This document shows, in pieces, positions 32,028 to 41,924 of a stretch of 64,000 nucleotides of DNA. A model generated the notes under the pieces. The model was not told the DNA's origin, did no database searches, and was given only the letters and a program-made list of their open reading frames with translations. The first letter of the stretch is position 1. Every line of letters begins with the position of its first letter. The position numbers were made by a program, and so were the translations under genes. This DNA is from an uncultured Gaiellaceae bacterium (GTDB lineage Bacteria > Actinomycetota > Thermoleophilia > Gaiellales > Gaiellaceae), in assembly GCA_963811885.1 (NCBI GenBank), contig CAWETB010000015.1, forward strand, positions 550,122-614,121. The letters run 5' to 3'.

Positions 32028-33388
32028 GTGCTCGCCGCCGCCGGCTACACGCGGCGCCGGGATCGCGCGACGCCTGCACACGACGCGGCGAGCCGATCTT
32101 CACGCACGTCGACCTCGAGGTGTACCGGCGCCGGCTCGCGGCGGTGCCCGACGGCCTCTCGGCGCTCATCTCGCTGCTGCTGCTCGGCGACCCGGTGCCG
32201 CCGGCGAGCACGCGGAGCTGCTCGTCGAGGCGGGCCTCGCCGAGGAGCGAGACGGGTCGCTGCACGGGCTCGTGCGCGTCGTCCCCCACGACGACCTCCT
32301 GATCGCGTCCGACCGGCTCGACGTCGACGGAGCGGACCGCGTCGCGGGCGTCCACCGCCCCTCGGCCGTGCTCGCGCACCTGACGATCCGGGAGCCGGTC
32401 GAACGGGCGCTCGACGTCTGCACGGGGAACGGGATCCAGGCGCTCCTGCTCTCCCGCCATGCGGAGCACGTCGTCGCGACGGACGTGAACGGGCGAGCGC
32501 TGGGATTCGCAGCCTTCAACCTCGCCCTGAACGGCGTCACGAACGTCGAGCTCCGGGAAGGGAGCCTGCTCGAGCCGGTCACCGGCGAGCGGTTCGGCTG
32601 CATCGCCTGCAACCCGCCCTACGTCGTCTCGCCGGACGCCGAGTTCACCTTCCGGGACAGCGGCCTCCCCGGAGACCGTGTGAGCGAGCTGCTCGCGCGC
32701 GGGCTGCCGGGCCTGCTCGAGCCAGGCGGCTTCGCGACGCTGATGGCCAGCTGGGCGCAGGCGGGCGACGATCCGGCCGTGCGCCCGCGCGAGTGGCTCG
32801 ACGGCTCCGGCTGCGACACGTGGATCCTGCACACGACCACCGACGATCCCCTCTCGAACGCAGCGGCCTGGACGCGCGACGCCGTCGAGACGCCGGATGA
32901 GTTCGGCGCGGCGCTCGACCGCTGGACGGCGTACTACCGCGAGCTCGGGATCGAGGCGCTCGCCTACGGCGCGCTCGTGCTGCGCCGCCGCGACGGCGCC
33001 AACTGGTCGCGCGGCGCGAGCCTGCCGCCGCGGCCGCTCGAGCCCGCCTCGAGCCATCTGCTGCGGATGTTCGCCGGCGTCGACGCGGCGGCGGCCGGCC
33101 CGGAGGCGCTGCTCGCCCGCCCGCTCGCGGTCGCACCCGCGGCCCGCTTCGAGCAGGTCGTCTCGCCGAGCGACGGCTGGTCGGTGGTGGGCGCCGCCCT
33201 CACGCTCGAGGAAGGGCTCGGCTTCCGCGCCGACGTGGACGAGCCGACGCTGCGGCTGCTGCGGGCGCTCGACGGGACGAGCAGCGCCCGCGACGCCGTC
33301 ATCGCGTCGCTCGGCGAGGAAGGTGCGCCGCGCGCGGCCGAGCTGCTGCGCGGGATGCTCGAGACCGGCTTTCTCGTCCAGACGCTAA
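32028..33388 (+). pseudogene. class I SAM-dependent methyltransferase with NPPY motif (HemK/PrmC-like fold), at least 3-4 frameshifts
   Basis: Core in ORF 31801..33585: ALDVCTGNGIQALLLSRHAEHVVATDVNGRAL...FGCIACNPPYVVSP...LLEPGGFATLM. The N-terminus is spread over three frames (LRDVLAAAGYT / GAGIARRLH / EPIFTHVDLEVYRRRLAAVPDGLSALISLLLLGDPVP / AEHAELLVEAGL). A likely TAA at 33386-33388 sits just before the hairpin. Confidence 0.75.
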
Positions 33389-33390
33389 GA

Positions 33391-33418
33391 CGAGGGGGCG
33401 GCTCTCGCCGCCCCCTCG
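33391..33418. terminator. perfect 12-bp GC hairpin between the convergent methyltransferase and pnp
   Basis: cgagggggcggc (33391-33402) pairs with gccgccccctcg (33407-33418), loop tctc. Lies between TAA 33386-88 and the pnp TAG 33428-30. No U-tract. Confidence 0.6.
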
Positions 33419-33427
33419 GGTCACTGC

Positions 33428-35905
33428 CTAGTCGCGGCGCGGGCCGCGGTCGCGGCCGCCCCGGCCGCGATCGTCGCGGCGCGGGCGGTCCTCCTCCGGG
33501 GGCCGCGGCGGGGCGTTCTTCGCCCGCTCGATCAGCTCCTCCGGCTCGACCAGCCGTCCGTCCTCGTGCTTGTGGACGAGCTTGAGGCCGATCCGGCCCC
33601 GCGCCTTGTCCACCTCCTGCACGACGACGTCGACGACGTCGCCGCGCGCCATCACGTCCTCGATGTGGGCGACGCGGCCCGGACCCACGTTCGAGACGTG
33701 GAGCAGGCCGTCGGTGCCCTTCTTCAGCTCGACGAAGGCGCCGAACTGCGTCGTCTTCACGACCTTGCCGGTGAAGGTGTCCCCCACCTCGGGCTCCTTG
33801 GTCAGGGCCGCGATCGCACCGATCGCCGCGTCCGCCTTGGTCCCCTCGGTCGCGTAGACGAGGATCGTGCCGTCCTCCTCGATGTCGATCTGGACGTCGT
33901 ACTCCGACTCGAGCGAGCGGATCGTCTCGCCGCCCTTGCCGATGACCATCCCGATGAAGTCCGGGTTGATCTGGATCGAGGAGATCCGCGGCGCGTGCGC
34001 CGCCAGCTCCGTCCGGGCCTCGGGCAGCGCCTCGAGCATCCGGTCGAGGATGAAGTTGCGGGCCTGATTCGCCTGATCGAGGGCGCCGCGCATGATCTCC
34101 TGCGTGACGCCGGTGATCTTGATGTCCATCTGCAGCGCGGTGATCCCGTCCCTCGTGCCGGCGACCTTGAAGTCCATGTCGCCCAGGTGATCCTCAGCAC
34201 CCTGGATGTCGGTGAGGATGACGTAGTCGTCGCCCTCCTTGACGAGGCCCATCGCGATGCCGGAGACCGGCGCCGTGATCGGGACGCCCGCGTCCATCAG
34301 GGCGAGCGTCGAGCCGCAGACCGAGCCCATCGACGAGGAGCCGTTCGACTCCAGCGTCTCCGAGACGATCCGGATCGTGTACGGGAAGTCCTCGGCCGAC
34401 GGGATGACCGCCTCGAGGGCACGCTGTGCCAGCGCGCCGTGGCCGATGTCACGCCGCTTCGGGCCGCGCATGAAGCCCGTCTCCCCGACCGAGTACGGCG
34501 GGAAGTTGTAGTGGTGCATGAAGCGGCGGTCGGTCTCGAGGGAGAGGTCGTCGATCCGCTGACCCTCCTTCGCCGTACCGAGCGTCAGCAGCGAGAGCAC
34601 CTGCGTCTGACCGCGCTGGAAGAGACCCGTGCCGTGCGCGCGGGGACTGACCGTCACCTCGCACTCGATCGGCCGGATCTCGTCGGTGGCGCGGCCGTCC
34701 GGCCGGCGCTTCTCGATCGCGATCTTCTTGCGGACGAGGTCCTTGTAGATCGCCTCGGCGGCCTTCTTGACGTAGCTCTTCGTGAGCGAGTCCTTGACGG
34801 TCGGGCCGTCGCCGTCGACCGTCGCCGGGCCGACCGGGAACGGCAGCTCGACGGTGTCGACGATCCGGTCGAAGAGCAGGTGCCGCTTCGCGGACTTGAG
34901 CTCCTTCGAGTCGTCCTCGGCGTCCGTGAGGGCGCGCAGCTCGGACTCGAACTGCTCCCGCACCGGGCCTTCGACCGCCGCGAGCCGCCCCTTCTCGAGC
35001 AGCATCGCGAGGCTGGCCTTGACCTGCACCTGACGCTGGATGTCCTCGTCACCCGAGTCCATCGACAGCTCCGGCGCCAGCTCGGCGAGGATCGCCGACT
35101 CGATCGACGCGGCCTCGCGGAGCCCGTCCTGCTGGATCCGCTCCCAGATCGCGTGCCCGTGCGAGCTCTCGATCTCGGCGGTCACGTCCATGTCGAGCCA
35201 CTTCGCCTTGCCGGCCTGGCTGCGGAGGTCCTCCTGCGCCTCGCAGAGCTTGCGGATCTCCTGGTGCGCGAGCTCGAACGCGTCGAGCAGGATCTCCTCG
35301 GAGACCTCGGACGCGCCGGCCTCGATCATCGTCAGGCCGTCCTTCGTGCCGACGACGATCAGGTCGAGCGCCGACTCCTCGAAGTTCTGCTCGTGCGTCG
35401 GGTTGACGACGAACTCGCCGTCGATCCGGCCGATCCGAACAGCGCCCACCGGGCCGAAGAACGGCAGCGGCGAGAGCATCAGGGCGGCGGACGCGCCGTT
35501 GATGCAGAGGATGTCGTGCGGGGTGATCAGGTCGGCCGACAGCACCGTGCAGATCACCTGCACCTCGTTGCGAAAGCCCTTCGGCCAGAGCGGCCGGATC
35601 GGGCGGTCGATCATGCGTGCGGTCAGCGTCGCGCGCTCGGTGGCGCGCCCTTCCCGCTTGAAGAAGCCGCCGGGGATCTTCCCCGCGGCGTACGCCCGCT
35701 CTTCGACGTCGACGGTGAGCGGGAAGAAGTCCGCTCCCTCGCGCGCCTCGGGACGGCCGACGGCCGTCGCCAGAACCATTGTGTCGCCGGAGCGAACGGC
35801 GACTGCGCCGTCCGCCTGCTTGGCGAACTTGCCCGTCTCGAAGGTGATCTCCTTGCCACCGATCTCGACGGACGTCGAGGCAACCTGCCCCAGTACCGTG
35901 CTCAT
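33428..35905 (-). CDS. pnp: polyribonucleotide nucleotidyltransferase (PNPase)
   Basis: Two RNase PH domains ([24 protein letters not shown]), KH ([13 protein letters not shown]), S1 ([15 protein letters not shown]) and an Arg/Gly/Asp-rich C-terminal tail. 825 aa, intact. Confidence 0.98.
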   Translation of the reverse strand: MSTVLGQVASTSVEIGGKEITFETGKFAKQADGAVAVRSGDTMVLATAVGRPEAREGADFFPLTVDVEERAYAAGKIPGGFFKREGRATERATLTARMIDRPIRPLWPKGFRNEVQVICTVLSADLITPHDILCINGASAALMLSPLPFFGPVGAVRIGRIDGEFVVNPTHEQNFEESALDLIVVGTKDGLTMIEAGASEVSEEILLDAFELAHQEIRKLCEAQEDLRSQAGKAKWLDMDVTAEIESSHGHAIWERIQQDGLREAASIESAILAELAPELSMDSGDEDIQRQVQVKASLAMLLEKGRLAAVEGPVREQFESELRALTDAEDDSKELKSAKRHLLFDRIVDTVELPFPVGPATVDGDGPTVKDSLTKSYVKKAAEAIYKDLVRKKIAIEKRRPDGRATDEIRPIECEVTVSPRAHGTGLFQRGQTQVLSLLTLGTAKEGQRIDDLSLETDRRFMHHYNFPPYSVGETGFMRGPKRRDIGHGALAQRALEAVIPSAEDFPYTIRIVSETLESNGSSSMGSVCGSTLALMDAGVPITAPVSGIAMGLVKEGDDYVILTDIQGAEDHLGDMDFKVAGTRDGITALQMDIKITGVTQEIMRGALDQANQARNFILDRMLEALPEARTELAAHAPRISSIQINPDFIGMVIGKGGETIRSLESEYDVQIDIEEDGTILVYATEGTKADAAIGAIAALTKEPEVGDTFTGKVVKTTQFGAFVELKKGTDGLLHVSNVGPGRVAHIEDVMARGDVVDVVVQEVDKARGRIGLKLVHKHEDGRLVEPEELIERAKNAPPRPPEEDRPRRDDRGRGGRDRGPRRD

Positions 35906-35929
35906 TCCATGTCCTCCACTCTGCTTGGT

Positions 35930-35986
35930 GGAGAGTGGAAGTTTGGATCAGACCTGAGCGAGGCCTCATCCAAGCTTCCACTCTCC
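35930..35986 (-). promoter_or_regulatory. 19-bp stem-loop in the rpsO-pnp intergenic leader
   Basis: ggagagtggaagtttggat (35930-35948) pairs with atccaagcttccactctcc (35968-35986) with one mismatch and a 19-nt loop. Located between the rpsO stop (35997) and the pnp RBS GGAGGA. Confidence 0.6.
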
Positions 35987-35996
35987 CGGGTAAGAG

Positions 35997-36267
35997 CTAG
36001 CGCCTGAGGCCTAGCTCCTTGATGAGGGCGCGATAGCCCTCGAGGTCGTGCTTCTGCATGTAGTTCAGGAACCGCCGCCGCCGGCCGACGAGCTTCAAGA
36101 GCCCGCGCCGGGAGTAGTGGTCCTTCGGCGTGCGTCCGCAGGTGCTCGGTGAGGTCGTTGATCCGCTGCGTCAGCATCGCGATCTGAACCTCGGGGGAGC
36201 CGGTGTCGGCCTCGTTGCGGCCGTGCTTCCCGATCAGCTCCTGCTTGACTTCCTTGGTGAGGGCCAT
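35997..36267 (-). CDS. rpsO: 30S ribosomal protein S15 (one frameshift near 36126-36131)
   Basis: [46 protein letters not shown], then in the next frame [51 protein letters not shown]. Confidence 0.93.
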
Positions 36268-36362
36268 GCGGCCTCCTTCTGTTGATGGTCTCCGGAGTCC
36301 CCGCGCGGCGTGAAGGAAGACACGGCCGGCCGAGATCTCGGTCGCGACTAGGGTAGCAACCC

Positions 36363-37725
36363 ATGGTTCCAAGCGGCGTCGCAGCCGGTCACCCGGCCAC
36401 CGTGGCGGCCGGAATCGAGGTCCTCGAGGAAGGCGGAACGGCCGCCGACGCCGCCGTCGCAGCCTGCCTCGCCTCGTGCGTCGCCGAGACGGTGATGACC
36501 GGGCTGCTCGCCGGCGGCCACGCGGTCTACTTCGACGGCGAGGAGACGTGGAACCTGGACTGCTTCGTCGACGTGCCGTCGGGCGAGGGCGCGCCGCCCG
36601 TCGAGCTGCGCGTGCCCTTCGGCGAGGAACTCGTCCACTACGCGGTCGGGCCGGGGACGTGTGCGGTGCCGGGGCTCCCACGGGGGCTCGGCGAGTTGCA
36701 CCGGCGCTACGGACGCCTGCCCTGGCCGACGGTCGTTGGCCCGGCGCTGCGGCTGGCGCGTGAGGGCGTCGTGATGCCGCCCGCGCACGCCGCCTGCCTC
36801 GCGATGCTCGGGCCGGTCTTCACGATGCAGCCGGACGGCGAGCGCATCTACTCGCCGGCGGGCCGCCTGCTCGAGGCGGGCGAGACGCTCGAGCAGCCGG
36901 GGCTCGCGACGGCGCTCGAGCTCCTCGCCGTCGAGGGCGCCGACAGCGTCTACGCGGGCTCGATCGCCGGGCTGCTCACCGCCGTCGAGGGGGTGCCCGT
37001 GACGGCTGCCGACCTGGAGCGGTACGAGGCGCGCTGGGAGGCGCCGGTCGAGGTCGAGTGGCTCGGCCGCCGCGTCCTCACGCGCGGAGGCTTGTCCGCA
37101 GTGCCCCGGACGCTCGGGCGGCTGCCGCGCCTGCACGATCTGGACGCAACGGCGCGCGTGCACGCGCTGCTCGGAGCGCTGGACGACGCCGACGCGGACG
37201 GGCACACGACAAATCTCGTCACCGCGGACGCGGACGGCGCCGTCTGCGTGCTCACCTCGAGCCTCGGCCTTGGCACCGGCGACTTCCTCCCCGGCCTCGA
37301 CGCGCAGCTGAACAGCATGCTCGGCGAGGTCGACCTCGTCCGGGCGCCGCTTCGGCCGGGCGAGCGGATGGGGAGCATGATGGCGCCGACGCTCGTGTTC
37401 GCGGGGGACGGCATCGAGCTGGCGATCGGCTCAGCCGGCGGCACGCGGCTCCGCACGGCGCTGGTCGGCGTCGCAGCGGGGATCCTCGACGAGGGGCTCG
37501 ATCCGGTGGCCGCAGTCGAGCGGCCGCGCTTCCACCGCGCCGGCGACGTCGTCAACGCCGAGCCGGGGGTCGACGAGCGGGCGCTCGACGAGTTGACGCG
37601 GTCAGGGCTGCTGGTCCGGCGCTGGCCGGGCGCACACCACTACTTCGGCGGCGTCAGCCTGATCGGGACGACAGGTGCAGCCGGTGATCCGCGTCGGAGA
37701 CGGGCACGCGGCGACGCTGCCGTGA
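36363..37725 (+). CDS. gamma-glutamyltransferase family protein (frameshift near 37696-37700 at the extreme C-terminus)
   Basis: [25 protein letters not shown] and the catalytic-Thr region [16 protein letters not shown]. After skipping one nt the end reads [13 protein letters not shown] (TGA 37723-37725), which fits the usual DPRRDG ending. Confidence 0.85.
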
Positions 37726-37921
37726 GGGGCGGCCGGCTCGGCACCCAGCCGACGTAGCCGCACGCCGGGACAGCCGGGATTCGCGGCGAGCGTGCCTCGG
37801 CCCGACGGCTTCGCGTACTCCGTGCCGCAGCCGAGGCAACGGCACTGCCTCGACCGGCCGCAGTCTGGCCGGCGCCGATCCCATACCGATCTGAGATGCG
37901 CTGCGCGGGCGAAATCTTGCG

Positions 37922-38716
37922 CTACGTTGTCAGCAGCAGCTTCTCGACGCGGCGGCCGGCGATCAACATGCCGACGACGCCGAGCACGGCGAGGTAGGCG
38001 ACGTTGACGAGCTGCGTGCTGCTGACGGTGCCGGTCGTCAGCGCGCGCAGGAGCTCGACGCCGTTGTAGAGCGGTGTCGCCCGGATCACCCACTCGAGCC
38101 AGTCCGGGTAGGTCGAGAGCGGGAAGAACGTGGCCGAGAACAGGAACATCGGCAGGATCGCGAGGTTGAGGATGTCGAAGTCCTGCCAGCTGCGCATGTA
38201 GGTGACGGCGGCGATCCCGGCGCCGGCGAATGCGAAGCCGATGAAGACCGTCGCCGGCAGTGCGAGGAGCGCCCACCACGACTCGATCAGGCCGAGCGCG
38301 CCGATCACGGTGAAGAAGCCGACGGCGTAGATGAGCCCGCGGAAGAGCGCGAACACCGTCTCCCCCGCGGCGATGTCCTTCGGCCCGAGCGGCGTCGCGA
38401 GGACGGCGTCGTAGACCTTCTGGTAGCGGAGCTTCCAGAAGATGTTCGTCGCGTCGTAGAAGGCGCCGTTGAACGCGGACGCGGCGAGCAGCGCGGGCGC
38501 GACGAAGGCGGCGTACTCGATCGGCTGGCCGTCGATGACGACGTCGCCGACATAGCCGCCGAGCCCGTACCCGAGCGAGAGCAGGTAGAAGAGCGGCTCG
38601 AAGAAGCCGGAGACGATGATCGGCCACGTGCGCCGGTGGCTCATCACGTTCCGCTCGAACAGATGGATGCCGCGTCCGCCCGGCAGCTCGAGCGCGCGAT
38701 GCACGAGCGTGGTCAT
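37922..38716 (-). CDS. ABC-2 type transporter permease
   Basis: MTTLVHRALE...RRTWPIIVSGFFEPLFYLLSLGYGLG. Six predicted TM helices. ATGA overlap with the upstream permease. Embedded in ORF 37922..39220. Confidence 0.88.
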   Translation of the reverse strand: MTTLVHRALELPGGRGIHLFERNVMSHRRTWPIIVSGFFEPLFYLLSLGYGLGGYVGDVVIDGQPIEYAAFVAPALLAASAFNGAFYDATNIFWKLRYQKVYDAVLATPLGPKDIAAGETVFALFRGLIYAVGFFTVIGALGLIESWWALLALPATVFIGFAFAGAGIAAVTYMRSWQDFDILNLAILPMFLFSATFFPLSTYPDWLEWVIRATPLYNGVELLRALTTGTVSSTQLVNVAYLAVLGVVGMLIAGRRVEKLLLTT

Positions 38717-39489
38717 CCGAGCAGCCTCCGGCGGTACGAGCGCCGCGCCAGCTCGAAGCCGACGAGCGTCCAGGCGAGCAGGTAGGCGGTGTGCCCGAGG
38801 GCGGCCCAGACCTCGACCGTCCCGAGCGTCAGCATCCGGCAGAGCTCGACCCCGTGCCAGATCGGCGTCACGTACGCGATCAGCTCGAACCCGAGCGGCA
38901 GCTGCGAGATCGGGAAGAAGGTTCCCGAGAAGAGGAACATCGGCACGATCAGGAAGCGGAAGATCGTCACGAAGGTGCGGTCGTCCTCGACGCGGGCCGC
39001 GAGCGCGGCCATCGGCATCGAGAAGGCGGTGCCGATCAGCACGGCGACCGGGACGACGAGGATGCCCCACCAGGAGGCAACGGCGCCGAAAGCCGCGATC
39101 ACGACGAGATAGGCGGCAGCTGACGTGAAGACCCGTGTGATCACGAACAGCTGGTGGCCGACGAACGCGTCCCGCTCGGTCAGCGGCGTCGCGATCATCG
39201 CGTGGTAGACGCGCGACCACTTGATCGCGGCCATCACCGGCCAGCTCGACTCGATCGTGGCGGTCTGCATCGCGGCGGCGGCGAGCAGGCCCGGGGCGAC
39301 GTAGTCGAGATACGGAACGCCGCCGGGCGTGTTCTGCGTCTGGTCGACGATCGTGCCGAGCCCGACCCCGAGCGCCGTCACGTAGAGGATCGGGTTGACG
39401 AGGCTCGTCCCGATCGTGCCTCGCCAGACGCGCCGGTACTGGGCGAGCCAGTGCTCGTACGCCCGCAGCGGCTGGAGGACGCTGTCCAT
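38713..39489 (-). CDS. ABC-2 type transporter permease
   Basis: MDSVLQPLRAYEHWLAQYRRVWRGTIGTSLVNPILYVTALGVGLG. Paralog of 37922..38716. Embedded in ORF 38713..39753. Confidence 0.88.
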   Translation of the reverse strand: MDSVLQPLRAYEHWLAQYRRVWRGTIGTSLVNPILYVTALGVGLGTIVDQTQNTPGGVPYLDYVAPGLLAAAAMQTATIESSWPVMAAIKWSRVYHAMIATPLTERDAFVGHQLFVITRVFTSAAAYLVVIAAFGAVASWWGILVVPVAVLIGTAFSMPMAALAARVEDDRTFVTIFRFLIVPMFLFSGTFFPISQLPLGFELIAYVTPIWHGVELCRMLTLGTVEVWAALGHTAYLLAWTLVGFELARRSYRRRLLG

Positions 39490-39491
39490 CC

Positions 39492-40418
39492 CTAGTCGAC
39501 CAGCGTGCGCCCGGTGAGGTGGAGGAAGACGTCCTCGAGCGTGCTCCGCCGGACGAGCGTCGAGTGCGGCGGCAGCCCGCGGTCGGCGACGGCGGTCGCG
39601 GTCGCGTCGCCGTCGCGTGTGTAGAGCAGAACGCGGTCCGGCAGCTCCTCGACGCGCTCCGCGACGCCCTCGAAGACGCCGTTCCGGGGCCGTTCGTCCT
39701 CGAAGCGGATCTCGACGACCTCGCGCGTCGAGTAGCGCTGGATCAGCTCCCACGGCGACCCCTCGGCGACGATCGCGCCGTGGTCCATGACGACGAGCCG
39801 GTCGCAGAGCTGCTCGGCCTCGTCCATGTAGTGCGTCGTGACGACGAAGGTCTTGCCCTGCTGCTTGAGCCGGAAGAGGCGGTCCCAGACGACGTGGCGT
39901 GCCTGTGGGTCGAGCCCGGTCGTCGGCTCGTCGAGCAGGAGCAGGTCGGGATCGTTGACGAGCGAGCGCGCGATCGTGAGGCGACGCTTCATCCCGCCCG
40001 AAAGCGGCTCCACCTTGTCGCCGGCGCGCTCGGTCAGCTGGACGAAGTCGAGCAGCTCGTCGATCCTCGGCTTCAACTCGCGCCGGGAGAGCCCGAAGTA
40101 GCGGCCGTAGATGAGCACGTTCTCGCGGACCGTCAGCTCGAAGTCGAGCGTGTCCTGCTGCGGGACGACGCCGAGCCGCGCCCGGATCTGCGCCCCCTCG
40201 GTCGCCGGATCCTTGCCGAGGATCCGCAGCGTCCCGCCCGTGACCGGCGAGACGCAGCCGATCATCCGCATCGTCGAGCTCTTGCCGGCGCCGTTCGGAC
40301 CGAGAAATCCGAAGGCCTCGCCCTGCTTGACGTCGAGGTCGATGCCGTCGACGGCGACGAGCTCCCCGAAGCGCTTGACGAGCCCGCGGGCATGGATCAT
40401 CGCGCCGTTCTCGCTCAC
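39492..40418 (-). CDS. ABC transporter ATP-binding protein (DrrA/NodI-like exporter ATPase)
   Basis: GPNGAGKSSTMRMI, LSGGMKRRLTIARSL, LLLLDEPTTGLD. 308 aa, intact. Confidence 0.94.
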   Translation of the reverse strand: MSENGAMIHARGLVKRFGELVAVDGIDLDVKQGEAFGFLGPNGAGKSSTMRMIGCVSPVTGGTLRILGKDPATEGAQIRARLGVVPQQDTLDFELTVRENVLIYGRYFGLSRRELKPRIDELLDFVQLTERAGDKVEPLSGGMKRRLTIARSLVNDPDLLLLDEPTTGLDPQARHVVWDRLFRLKQQGKTFVVTTHYMDEAEQLCDRLVVMDHGAIVAEGSPWELIQRYSTREVVEIRFEDERPRNGVFEGVAERVEELPDRVLLYTRDGDATATAVADRGLPPHSTLVRRSTLEDVFLHLTGRTLVD

Positions 40419-40431
40419 CGCAGCAACCTAC

Positions 40432-41271
40432 CTACGCCGGTCGGACCGCCTTTCGCGTCGCCTCGACGTCCCTGGCGATCTGGTCGATCAGGCCCTGCTC
40501 GCTCTCGAAGACCTGCTCGTCGCGGAGGCGCTCCCAGAGCTCGACGACGAGGCGGCGGCCGTAGAGGTCGCCGTCGAAGTCGAGCAGGTACGGCTCGATC
40601 CGGCGCTCCTCGCCCCCGTAGTGCGGATTCGTGCCGATCGAGATCGCGGCGCGATGGCCGAGCGCGGCGCCGGCGTAGATGCCGTAGGCCGGGACGAGCA
40701 GCCCCGGCTCGACCGCGAGGTTCGCCGTCGGGTAGCCGAGCGTGCCGCCGCGCTGGTCGCCGCCGACGACGATCCCGTCCAGCTCCGGCGGGCGCCCGAG
40801 CAGCCGCGCGGCCGCCTGCACGTCGCCCTCGTGGAGCGAGTGCCGGATCTCGGTCGAGGAGACGCCCTCCAGCAGCGGCACCGGCAGCACCTCGTACCCG
40901 AGCCGTTCGAGCAGCTCGAGGTCGCCGCGGCGCTTGCGACCGAAGCGGAAGTCCTCGCCCGCGACGACGACCGCCGCGTCCGCCAGCCGGCCGGCGGCGA
41001 ACTCCTCCGGCTCCAGCTTGGCGACGTCGAGCGTGAACTCGACCACGGTCGTCTCGGCGACGCCCAGCTCGGCGAGCAGCTCGAGCCGGCGCTCCAGCGT
41101 CGCGAGCGCCTCGACGAAGTTGCCGAGGACGACGCGAGGATGCGGCTGGAAGGTCAGCACCCTGACGGGCAGACCGGTGCCGAGCGCGGTCTCGATCACC
41201 CGGCGGTGCCCGAGATGGACGCCGTCGAACGTCCCGATCGCGACCGCGAAGGGCTTCTCGGCCGTGCTCAC
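40432..41271 (-). CDS. ribF: bifunctional riboflavin kinase / FMN adenylyltransferase
   Basis: AIGTFDGVHLGHRRV, GYPTANL, EPYLLDFDGDLYG. GTGA overlap with the truB stop. Confidence 0.93.
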   Translation of the reverse strand: MSTAEKPFAVAIGTFDGVHLGHRRVIETALGTGLPVRVLTFQPHPRVVLGNFVEALATLERRLELLAELGVAETTVVEFTLDVAKLEPEEFAAGRLADAAVVVAGEDFRFGRKRRGDLELLERLGYEVLPVPLLEGVSSTEIRHSLHEGDVQAAARLLGRPPELDGIVVGGDQRGGTLGYPTANLAVEPGLLVPAYGIYAGAALGHRAAISIGTNPHYGGEERRIEPYLLDFDGDLYGRRLVVELWERLRDEQVFESEQGLIDQIARDVEATRKAVRPA

Positions 41272-41924
41272 GGCAGCAGCGCCAGCGCCTGCTCGGCGGG
41301 GATCACGCGCTGGTCGTCGGCGTCCTCGACGCTGAACGGCCCCACCTCGAGCCGGCGCAACGCCACGCAGTGACCGCCGAGCGCCTCCGCGATCGCCCGC
41401 ACGTACGTCCCCGAGCTGACGCGGAGATCGAGCGTGACGATGCCGTCCGTATACGCGATGACGTCGAGCGCGTCGACGCGCGAGCGCCGCAGCGGCATCT
41501 CCACCTCGACGCCGCGACGGTGCAGCTTGTAGGCGCGCTCACCGCCGATCTTGACCGCCGACGCGGCCGGAATCGGCAGCTCGATCTCGCCGCGGAGGGG
41601 CTCGAGCGCGCGCTCGAGCTCGTCGGGTGACGGCGCCTCCTGCCGCCCGACGACGTCGCCTTCCGGATCGCCCGTGGTCGTTCGGGACGTCAGGTCGACG
41701 TCCGTGAGATAGCGCTTGTCGAGACCGACGAACGATCCCGCCAATTTTGTCGACCGCCCGGAGAGCAGAAGCAACAATCCCGTCGCGAACGGGTCAAGAG
41801 TTCCCGCATGCCCCATCTTCGTCCCCAGGCGGGCGCGCACACGCGCCATCACCGCGAACGACGAAGGTCCCGCCGGCTTGTCGACGAGGATGATCCCGCT
41901 CGGCTCGAGGCCCTTGGGCGGCAT
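41268..41924 (-). CDS. truB: tRNA pseudouridine(55) synthase
   Basis: GIILVDKPAGPSSFAV, GHAGTLDPFATGLLLLL (catalytic Asp). A short form (218 aa) lacking a PUA domain. Confidence 0.9.
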   Translation of the reverse strand: MPPKGLEPSGIILVDKPAGPSSFAVMARVRARLGTKMGHAGTLDPFATGLLLLLSGRSTKLAGSFVGLDKRYLTDVDLTSRTTTGDPEGDVVGRQEAPSPDELERALEPLRGEIELPIPAASAVKIGGERAYKLHRRGVEVEMPLRRSRVDALDVIAYTDGIVTLDLRVSSGTYVRAIAEALGGHCVALRRLEVGPFSVEDADDQRVIPAEQALALLP

